Notes under the pieces: model-generated
What the model saw: the letters and a program-made list of their open reading frames with translations, nothing else
Database searches by the model: none
Told to the model about the DNA's origin: nothing
Shown here: piece after piece, positions 23,690-33,498 of the stretch
How positions within the stretch are numbered: position 1 is the first letter of the stretch
Layout of the letters: every line of letters begins with the position of its first letter
From: Neophaeotheca triangularis
Taxonomy: Eukaryota
Direction: 5' to 3'
DNA length: 64,000 nt
NCBI GenBank assembly: GCA_054600435.1
Contig: BAAIJX010000029.1
Coordinates: 124,001 to 188,000 of the forward strand
Position numbers and translations under genes: made by a program

Positions 23690-25909
23690 ATGTCCCTATC
23701 CGATAACCGAGACGCAAGCGTCGCCAGCACTTAACGAGGAGTATCGACTATAACAACTAATAAGGTTGCCAAACTAGACTACTTCTACGGCGAACGCAAC
23801 AAGCTAGACGACTAGGTTAACTAGATGATGATGTTCTTCCTCATAGAAAGCGTTAGTGAGTAGAAGCAACCTCTTACTGCTACTTCTTTCCTTCGTGGAG
23901 AAGCTTAACACTAGATCCGCCTAAAGCTTACGGATTTCCTTATGGAACGAATCGACCCTAAAGGACTGTTCTCGAACTAGAAGTCTTTTGTTAAGGTCAT
24001 CCGCAACGTCTATAGATTAAGCAACGATCGACAAGTTGCTATCCGAATGATTTAGCACCTCACGTAGAAAACGTCTGCCTCTTAGTACACTGCCAAGTTT
24101 CAGGAGTACTTAGCTAAGACCGACTAGGACGACAACGCTCTTATAACTATGTACTACCGAGGACTTAAGGACAACGTGAAGGACGAACTTATACGTCACG
24201 GAGGCGATCAGTTAACGCTCCCCGGTATGATCAAATCGGCGATTAAAGTTGATGACGCTCTCTACGAACGGTTTATAGAAAAACGCCACACTGGACAATT
24301 TCGCGGACGAACTAGCTATACTACCGGCAGCCGGCCTGTCGGTTAGCAACGTCGCAATCCTAATACGATGGAACTCGACTCTACGTAACAGCGTCCTAGG
24401 AAGGGTAGGGATAGAGGACGGGGTAAACAGAATGCCCCGGGCAAGAAACGGAACGGACCGGAATGCTACAACTGCTACAAGATAGGGCACTATGCACGAG
24501 ACTGCCGTGGGAAATAGATGCGCCCACGCTAGGAGGTTAATGCGATTTTGACCCGACAGGATAACGACTCTCCTACTAATAAGAGCCGCGGAGCTTACGA
24601 CATTACCGGAACCTATGAAGAACCGGAACACGACGAACTTCACTAGAGGTTTTACGAAAGGGATTATTGCTTAGTGCACAAAAGTTAAGGACTAGTGACT
24701 AACGGTATATCTACTAAACCTCGGAAGGAAGTGAACGTCATCGAACGAGTTACCCCGAAGTCCGGAACGGACGCGCTAATCGAGCAATACTAGAAGCTTA
24801 GGGAGTTTCACGACGACTTGGTTAGTTATGAGGAGTAGACCGAAGAACACTTTAACCTTATGATTTAAGTAGCCGATCAGATAGCAGATCTGAACGATAG
24901 GATCAAGGCTATAGCAGACGAAGAATCTAAGTAGCCGCGTAAGCCTTAGAAGGAACTTAACATGATGTTAAGACGCTAACCACTATAGTAGTCAAGGGAC
25001 GACGGCAACGCAGCCCGAGGAAGGTCCCTACCTCCATTTGTATAGGAGGACGACAAACTGCAAGAAAACCGAGCACTATCACCGATAATGGCACTACCGA
25101 CACCTGACTTAGAGAACGAAAACATATCTTAAACACCGGAACTTACTGCGATTGTACTAACACCGGAGATTAGCCCCTTAAGACTATCGATGCCTCTAGA
25201 AATTCTAGAATCACAAGAGGATACGACAGTGACGGATTCCGAAGACGACTCCGAATACGAATATACCGACGACGAAGAACCCGACGACAACGACACCTTA
25301 AAGTTCATTGTAGAAGGACCTACACTAATCAAGAAGATGGTTACCTACATCGCACGATCGTACGAAGAAGTGTTCCTAGTGATCTAAGGCAAACGACGCT
25401 TAGAACCTAATCAATTCGAAGCCATGCTTATGCGACTACGAACAATGTTCTAGAACTACCGAAAGGTCGCCGTCGAGTATAACGCCGCCACCTTTGTCCA
25501 GGATAGGCTACTAATAGGAAGCACTTTCTACGGAGAAAACGGCTACATTACACTAGATGGGATACGAATCCTATACACGATGAGACAACGAGTTAAGACA
25601 GTCAAGAATCGTTACAGAGAATTCTAGCTTATCTAGGAGCAGTAGAGAGAAGAAGAGATCACGCTACAAGAAATGAAGAAGCAAGCATAGCATTCCTTGG
25701 ACCAATGGACTATAGTACCACGCGACAAGTTCTTACTACTAGTCGACCGAAAGATGATTCTCGGACACGTCAAAGCAACTATACGAGGACTAATCACCGC
25801 ACATGCAATCTAAGGAAAAGTCACGATTAGACCTCGGGACGGACCCCTTTACTAGGAAGTCTCTCTCGAGACAGCGGATTCATCTACCTACTTCTCAAAA
25901 AACGAATAG
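23690..25909 (+). pseudogene. gag: gag ORF (about 740 codons) with internal RIP stops
   Basis: ATG at 23690. Capsid-like motifs (FYGERNKLDD, YYRGLKDNVKDEL), zinc knuckle CYNCYKIGHYARDC near 24463-24505, and a long in-frame extension to TAG at 25907-25909. Confidence 0.85.
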
Positions 25910-28900
25910 GACCTGTCGCTAAGAGCGAGCGTTAGGAACTGAACAACACAAATGCTTAACACGAAATAGCATTAGGAACGGTCTTCCGAACAACATATAC
26001 TGTCGACGGATACGAAACCTTTGCTATAATAGATTCCGGAGCTAGCGGAAACTTTATCTCGGAAACGTTCGTACGTTAGCATAGGTTAGCTACCTAGAAG
26101 AAAACAGATAGCGGGTACGAACTAATAGCCGTGGACGGCTTATCACTACCCGACGTGGATAGCGAAACAGTACCGCTACTACTTGTCTTCTAAAAGCATC
26201 ACGAGCGAATTGTCCTAGACGTTGTGCCTATAGCTAGACATAACGTCGTTCTGGGCACTCCTTAGTTAGAACGACATAATCCTATAGTGGATTAGAGAAA
26301 ACGAGTACTTACATTCGACAGGTATAGTTACGTCACTATAACCTACCCTGCGCGCCGGTAGCGATCGACGGTAGATAAGAGAAGGCAGATTAACGAAACG
26401 TATCGCTAATCGACCACGATACTAATACGAATTGGATCGGACTCCATAGGTACCGAACTAGCCTAAACGGACTAGCAAGTGAGAGTTGAGGAAGGAAGTT
26501 ACGCACCTTCGGATATCCCTAGAGAATTTAGAAAATGGAAGCGCCTTTTCTAGGAAGAGGAAGGAGCAGCCGCTCTACCTAGACATCAACTATAGGACTA
26601 CCGAATCGACATTTAGCCCGGTGCAAAGATACTATGGGGGCCACTTTACGCGCTATCCGAAAAAGAGCTCGAAGAGCAACGACGATAGCTAGATGAAAAA
26701 ATGAAGAAAGGATGGATTCGACCCTCTACTTCATCAGCCGCTTTACTACCGTTTTTCGTTCCGAAGAAAGGAGGAAAACTACGAATGGTTATCGATTTTA
26801 GACGACTCAACGCGATCACCACTAAAAACCGTTATCTACTGCCTAACATCGACGAGATAAGAGATCGACTTACCGGTTTATACTAGTTCACTAAGATCGA
26901 TCTCCGAGATGCATTCTATTTAGTTAGAATGGCAAGGGGGGAAGAGTGGAAAACAGCTTTTCGAACGCGCTACGGACTTTACGAATTCTAGGTTATGCCT
27001 ATAGGACTCACAAATGCCCTAGCAACCTATTAGCAACTCGTTAACGACATCCTGCGAGACCTACTCGATATCACTGTCATCGCCTACATCGACGACATAT
27101 TAGTCTTCACGAAAGGATCACGAGAACAGCATACTAAGGACGTACACGCAGTATTCGAACGACTCGACAAAGTAGACTTCAGGACAGCACTAGAAAAATG
27201 CGAGTTCTACAAAAAGGAAGTCGACTTTCTAGGCTTTGTGATTAGCACTACCGGGATCCGAATAGACCCGAAGAAAACCTAATCGATCGAGGAATAGCCG
27301 ACACCTAAGACAGTTAAGGACATCTAAGCATTCCTCGGATTAGCTAACTATAATCGGAAATTCGTGTAGGATTACTCAAGGCTCGCTACGCCTCTAACTA
27401 ACCTTACGAAGAAAGACACACCATTCGTATAGGGAAAGATTTAATAACAATCCTTTGACAAGCTTAAGGAGTCATGCACGACTGCCCCTACGCTAAGGAT
27501 GTTTGACCCTAAGAAACCTATCTAAATCGAAACCGATGCCTCTAACAGAGCAATAGGAGCTTGCCTTACGCAGGAGGTTAAAAGCAAACGACACCCTATC
27601 GCTTACTTCTTAAGGAAGATGTCACTAGCGGAACAGAATTACGAGATCTACGACAAAGAACTGCTCGCAATCGTTGCAGCATTGCGATACTAGAGAGTGT
27701 ACTGTGAAGGAGTAACCGGACTGACTATTTACTCGGATCACAAGAACCTGCAATACTTTATAACCACTAAGGAACTGTCACGCCGACAATGTAGATAGTT
27801 AGAGCTACTCGGACAATACAAGTTCGATATAGTCTACACTCCCGGAAAGGACAATAGGCGCGCTGACGCGCTAAGCAGAAGAAGCGACTATATAGAAGGA
27901 CACCTTCTATAGCAACACCGCATACTGAAAGTTAATAAGAACGGAAGCCTAAGCGCTAACCCTTAGGAATTTAACTTAGTACTGCGAGTACTACGGGATA
28001 ACACCGAGGAATTCCCTGTCGAACATAGGAAGTTCAGGGTTCTAAACGAAAGGGAACGCTAGTGCATCTAGGACTACCACGATAGACCTACTAACGGACA
28101 TCTAGGAATCGCTAGAATAGTAGAACACATTAGACGCAACTTCGTGTTCCCCGGAATGAGACAGAAGGTCTTAGAGTACATCAAGAAATGTACGAGCTAC
28201 TAACGAAACAAAGCTTCGAGACACGCTAAATATAGGAACCTACAATTCTAGGAGCTACCGGATCTACCATGGAACGAGGTCACAATAGATTTTATCGTCA
28301 AGTTACTAAGATCTAAGGACCCGTTAACAAGTAAGGACTACGATTTAATTCTAGTTATAGTCGATAGACTTACGAAGTATTCACATTTCGTTCCCTATAA
28401 CGAGACAATTACTATAGAAGAACTCGGATACCTTGTTCTCGACAGATTAGTACGATACTACGGCATTCTAACGGTTCTGATTACGGATAGAGACAAGCTC
28501 TTTACATCTAACTACTAGAAGACCTTGATATTAGCGATAGGAGTGAAACACAAACTCTCGACAGCATTTCACCCTAAAACCGACGGATAGACAGAACGCT
28601 CAAACCAATCCCTCGAAACGTACTTAAGACATTACGTCAACTACGCTCAGGACAATTGGGTAGCGCTCTTACCTATGGCATAGCTCGCACTCAACAATAA
28701 TGCCTTAGAAACGACAGGCACGACTCCGTTCTACGCGAATTTCGGAAAAGATCTAAACACCTTTATGGAGCTAAAGCTAGGACTACTCGCGGAAAGAGCC
28801 CTGCAAACGTCTTCGTAGCTACAGGAAGCACACAAATAGGCGAAAGACAAGATCACATAGTCGCAGCGGCGACTCGAGTTACAAAGACATAAGGACTCCA

Positions 28901-29360
28901 AAACGGCACCTTAGCTAAAGAAGGGGGATAAGGTGTACTTACTTACGAAAAACCTGAAGATAAGGAGACGAACACGAAAACTAGACTATGTCAAAGTCGG
29001 ACCGTTTCTGGTTAGAGAATAGAGAGGAAAAGTCAACTACCTCCTCTAACTCCTAAAAGACGCTAGAGTCTACCTAGTCTTCTATGTATCCTTATTAGAA
29101 CTAGCAGACGCCGAAACACCTATCTAAGATACCTTCTATCACGATCTACTAGAGGAAGAAGCCGAGTACGAGGTCGAAAAGATTCTAGACAAAAACGGTT
29201 AGAACTACCTCGTAAAGTGGAAAGGGTATCCTACAAGCGAGAACACTTAGGAACCTAAGGACAACTTACTTAACTGCCAGAAGATCCTACGGCAATATTA
29301 CTAGGAATTGGACTAAGGTCCTAAAACTCGTTAGGCAGGCCGTCTATCGAAGTCTAAGTA
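25897..29360 (+). pseudogene. pol: pol ORF (protease, RT, RNase H, integrase, chromodomain) in the -1 frame, with RIP stops
   Basis: Protease [43 protein letters not shown] and YIDD (27085); RNase H ETDAS and [12 protein letters not shown]; integrase H-x5-GH, VDRLTKY, TDRDKLFTS, TERSNQ and GPF; chromodomain EYEVEKIL...YLVKWKGY...EN. The 3' end is approximate. Confidence 0.92.
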
Positions 29361-29890
29361 AGAGGATTTAAAGCCAGATCGGGACCCGGTTGATCAGGAG
29401 GAAAGTCGGGATTAAAGAGCTTGTTACTGCCTTCCTCGAGCTCGAGGAGCTCGATGTTACGCTCTTTAATAGCTATAGCCTCTCCCTCCTTCTCCTACAA
29501 ACGGTCTATTTGTTTCTAGAGACGTATTTCCTTAGACAACGAACGATTTGCTTCCTCTTGAGCCTCGGCCACCTTTTGCTAAGTAACAACGGACGTACAC
29601 CGAGCCTCTTCCATCGCCTTGCGAAGACGCTCGTAATCACGACGAAGACGAGCGAACTCGTTCTCCGTTACTCTCACATCGCAAGAAGAAATGTTTCGCC
29701 GTACGCAGGCAGCACACTTTCTAGACCGAATGTGCACCTTGTACATACGACCCGCCTCCCGGCATTGCGTACATTTTCGAACTATGTTAAGAACCGTTCC
29801 GTGCGAATCTAGGAAATTGAATAACTCGTGGCGACGGGTAGTGGAAGATTTCTTTGTTTTGGGTATCGCGTTAATAAAGGAAGATGCCAT
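29270..29890 (-). pseudogene. Antisense third ORF of the retrotransposon (about 206 aa): Zn2Cys6-like cluster, coiled coil and acidic-aromatic tail
   Basis: ATG at 29890. CTQC-x6-Y-x8-CAAC-x7-C, where Y is TAC (revertible to TGC). The five internal stops are all TAG (revertible to CAG or TGG), and the frame runs to TAA at 29270-29272. Confidence 0.7.
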
Positions 29891-29941
29891 TAACTATAGA
29901 ACGAAAGACAAGTAGAGAATAAGCTCGGGACGAGCTAGACT

Positions 29942-29954
29942 AGGAGGGGGATAG
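29942..29954 (+). other. Polypurine tract (plus-strand primer)
   Basis: AGGAGGGGGATAG lies directly before the TG of the 3' LTR. Confidence 0.9.
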
Positions 29955-30436
29955 TGTTACGAACACTACGCTGCGCCCAGCGTACAATGAGGAATGCTTA
30001 GTAGAACCTACGGTCACGGGACAGAGCACATTCAGGTCACGTGACGAGCTTACCTCTGCTTAGTGCTTACCTTTAACTAAGCACTACTGAGTAATAGAGT
30101 AGTGCTTACCTCTACTTAGTGCTCACCTTTAACTAAGCACTACTAAGTAACAGAGTAGTGCTTACCTCTACTTAGTGCTTACCTTTAACTAAGCACTACA
30201 GAGCGACAGATTATAACGATTAGAGACACGAATCTCCTTTATATTTAGGTAGCGACATTTCCTAGATAGAGATTTGTGTTTAACTTATGTTACAATCTTA
30301 CTAAAAGGTCTACAGCGACACTTCACGTATCTTTGAAATCCTTACGACAAAGGAAACACCCTTGCTAGCCTTCTTCGATATCTCTCCTCTTCCGCTACGA
30401 GCTCTACCCGTGAGACTACCTTGTAGGATCGCAACA
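29955..30436 (+). repeat. 3' LTR (TGTTACG...GCAACA), with the same 3 x 56-bp array
   Basis: 482-bp direct repeat of 23168-23649 with TG...CA termini. Confidence 0.96.
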
Positions 30437-30889
30437 ATTAGGAACATTTAATGATTTAGTAGCAAACAAGGCCTCTTTAAGCTACTATAAAGGCCTAGCT
30501 TACAAGTTAAAGCACTCTAATCCACCCTATGGCAATAGATACAAAGATAGCCTTTAAATTAATAGAGCAACACCTTGTCAAAGACCTATACTATACCGAA
30601 GTTCATGCCAAGAGCGGTCAGACTTCCGGGCCCGCGGAGGTATCATTATCAGGGGCTTCCATTCTTATCGATAAAGGAGCTTTCCCCACGTCAGCTCAAT
30701 GCCCTGGGCGAGGTGTTTACCATGACGACAGCTGTGATGCTCTTCTGACGATCCATGGATGGGATAAAGTAATAGAGCAAATAATCCAGATGTACCTAGG
30801 ACAGAACATGCCCTTTTTCTGCTCTTTAATGGCATATTGAGAGCGGGTCGTCGTTGGTCATCGTCGTCGCCATTCCCGCAATTTCCAAG

Positions 30890-32225
30890 ATGCCTTTGAT
30901 GCAACAGCGACTTCTCTTCGCGGGCCGGAGTGCTGCTGCAGCATCATCCACCTGCACGACAGCCACTCGACACATGGTGACATCAGCGAGGATAATTGTG
31001 CCTGCGACTACAAGAGCTGCAGCTGTTTCGAAGAGCCCTCCAGCTGCTGTCACCTCTTCCCTTCCTTGGATGCAGCACAACAACAAGTCCAGCTCAGTCC
31101 AAACCAGCAACAACCGTCTCCAGCAGTTCAACAGACACTTCGCCACCACCGTCCAGAGAAACGAATACAACATGTCCTCCTCCGACCCCCAGGCAAAGAA
31201 CAATGCCGATTTCCAGCTTAGCGAAGTTTTCAATGTCAAGAACAAGGTGGCCCTCGTCACGTAAGAAGCCATACGTCCCATTCCCGGCCGAATCGAAGAC
31301 AACCCACTGACTCCCTTCTCCCCTTCTAGCGGTGGCGGCTCCGGTATAGGCCTCATGGCCGTCCAAGCCCTCGCAGTCAACGGCGCCAAAGTCTACATCG
31401 CCGGGCGCACCGAAGAGAAACTCGAGCGCGTGGCCGAAACCTACGGCAAAGACATCCCCGGGCAAATCATCCCCATTACCGCAGACATCACTTCGAAACA
31501 AGACATCGCCAAACTCTACGAAACCATCGCCAGTAAGGAAAAGTGCCTCTGCATCCTCATCAACAACGCGGGCATCAGCACGCACAGCTTCAACACCGAC
31601 GCCAAATCCGCCGAGGAGCTGAAGAAGGCGCTGTTTGAGGACGAAAACGCCACGTTCCAGGACTGGGACGACATCTACCGCACCAACGTCACGCACTGCT
31701 ACTTTATGACGACTGCCTTCCTCCCGCTGCTGCAGAAGGCCACCGAGCACCAGCACGGCTATTCCGGGACGGTTGTGAACATCACTAGCATTTCCGGCCA
31801 GGTCAAGACGTCGCAGCATCACCCGCAGTACAACGCGAGCAAGGCCGCGCAGATACATTTGAGCCGAATGCTCGCCAATGAGATTCAGGAGAGCGGGCTC
31901 AAGATCCGCGTCAACAACATCGCGCCGGGAGTAAGTTTGCCTTTTCCTCCTCCCTTTGCACTCGTGCTTGAACATCACGCCCTTCTCGCTCATCCGTACT
32001 AACATGTGGCCGCAGGTCTTCCCCTCGGAAATGACGGCCGGCTCCTCTGGCGCCAACCAGAAATCCGCCATCCCAAAGGACAAGTACGAGTCCAAGGTCC
32101 CCGCGCAGCGGCCCGGAAACGACAGGGATATGGCCGGCGCGGTGCTCTTTGCTTGCACCAACCAATACCTGAATGGGCAGACCATCACTGTTGATGGGGG
32201 CTATACGCTTGCAGCGGGGAGGTAA
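30890..32225 (+). CDS. Short-chain dehydrogenase/reductase; introns 31261-31329 and 31931-32015; start at ATG 30890 or 31172
   Basis: Splicing restores VALVTGGGSGIG; LINNAG, catalytic YNASK, IRVNNIAPGVFPSEM and YLNGQTITVDGG follow. Confidence 0.9.
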
Positions 32226-33498
32226 GTGGAAGGGGTATGACGTTGGAGACTTGTCGATGGGGGATGGCAAGAGAGATTGAAAGCAGGCGGGAGGGGGCGG
32301 GGTGTACGATATGCGAAATCCGGCACAATTGTCACGGTGAAGGTCAGGTGGAGGTGGTCGTCTTGAGACCCTCGTGGCACTTTGTAGGATCTTCGAGGTT
32401 AGTGTAATAACGGTCATGAGACTCGGTCGAACCAACTCGCGCTTATATTAGAAATCGAGCTCGTCGCTACCGCGCCTAGGAGAAGTAATTTTGTTCCCAG
32501 TCGTATTTGGAAGCCGATACAGGGGGCTCTGAACGTACATACCTTAGCGTCGACGGACGAAGTGGAAAGTGGTTAGGGTACGAGTTTGGGTTCACCGCGC
32601 CGTTGGGACGGGCAGCACTACCCAATTCACTGAGGCATTATTTAGTGGAAATACCACGAATACCAAAGTCCAAGCAAACGCCATGGAACGACAACGCCGT
32701 TGTCGAGCCATAGCCGTAAACCTGTCACCAAGGCAAAACAGCCAGCCAGCCGTAGAGAGCCCAACAACCGTCGATAAAGCTCTCACTCTCACCCTCTCGC
32801 TTATTCTTCTAGATCCCTACCTATGTAGGAAACCCAGAACCTCTACGGGTTCGTTTGCATTGTGCTCGCTCCGTCTGGACCAAGTAAGGGCAGCTAGTAA
32901 GTCCTGTTTTGAAACTGCATGTATGCATGTATGGTAAGTATGCCAACGTACATCCGTAACCGCCAGTCCGTCTCAAACGACCAAGCAATGCATTCAAAAA
33001 CCTACCTACATAGGTAGCCATCTGGAAAGAAAGGCCTCTTACTTAGATCGGAGAGGTACAGCACACAAAAGCAACCATGTATTTACGCACTACCATTCTC
33101 TACCGTGAAAAACCCGCAATCAAAGGGGCCAAGTCATCACCCCCCCACCGCAGTCCTTGGAAACATTCGCAAAGTTCCGTCCGTTCTCTCCTCGCTATAT
33201 ATGATACCCAGTATGCATAGACGAGCAAGCAAGCAAGCAAGAATTGTACGTGATAAAGTTCGAGAACAACCAGCCTCTCCGCCTAAAACTAGAGCAGCAA
33301 AGGGTTGTCATCCCTTTTCCTTTTTCTTTTCTGCCCGTCTAGACACCTCGCTTGGCGCTCTCCCAAACTTTCACAGCCTCGGCCATGCTTCCGACGACGG
33401 ATGACCCGCTGCATCCCTCTCCTCTCTCTTCCCTCCGAAACCGCTTCTGCTCCCCCTTCCCGACCGCCGTCGACCCCGCCTTCTAGCCATCGAGTCCC

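Larger units (their letters stand above)
23168..30436 (+). mobile_element. Full-length Ty3/Gypsy chromovirus LTR retrotransposon (7269 bp), RIP-inactivated
   Basis: 482-bp direct LTRs, 5-bp target duplication ATTAG (23163-23167 and 30437-30441), PPT AGGAGGGGGATAG before the 3' LTR, and domain order gag-PR-RT-RH-IN-chromodomain. Confidence 0.97.
21826..30557 (+). pseudogene. Tc1-like DDE transposase pseudogene in two pieces (21826-23167 and 30442-30557)
   Basis: ATG at 21826 (MSEYTPKKRARI...HTH-like). Same frame: CIDET (D at 22384), KDN..H (D at 22936), and DRLANLHDLYPIK, a degenerate W-P-x-N-S-P-D-L-x-P-I-E. Many TAG/TAA stops. The frame resumes after the LTR insertion and ends at TAA 30555-30557. 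Confidence 0.85.
21732..30640 (+). mobile_element. Tc1/mariner-superfamily DNA transposon (about 1.63 kb native), interrupted by an LTR retrotransposon and RIP-mutated
   Basis: TIRs CCTCCGCGGGCCCGAAAGTCTGACCGC-CTTGGC (from 21732) and GCCAAGAGCGGTCAGACTTCCGGGCCCGCGGAGG (to 30640), flanked by TA at 21730-21731 and 30641-30642. Internal transposase relic. Confidence 0.92.

Noticed and set aside
32571..32580. Telomere-template-like 8-9-mers (GGTTAGGGT here; CCCTAACCC near 3458; TAACCCTA near 7364 and 8964)
   Set aside because: Such short matches are expected by chance, and no telomerase-RNA structure could be supported.
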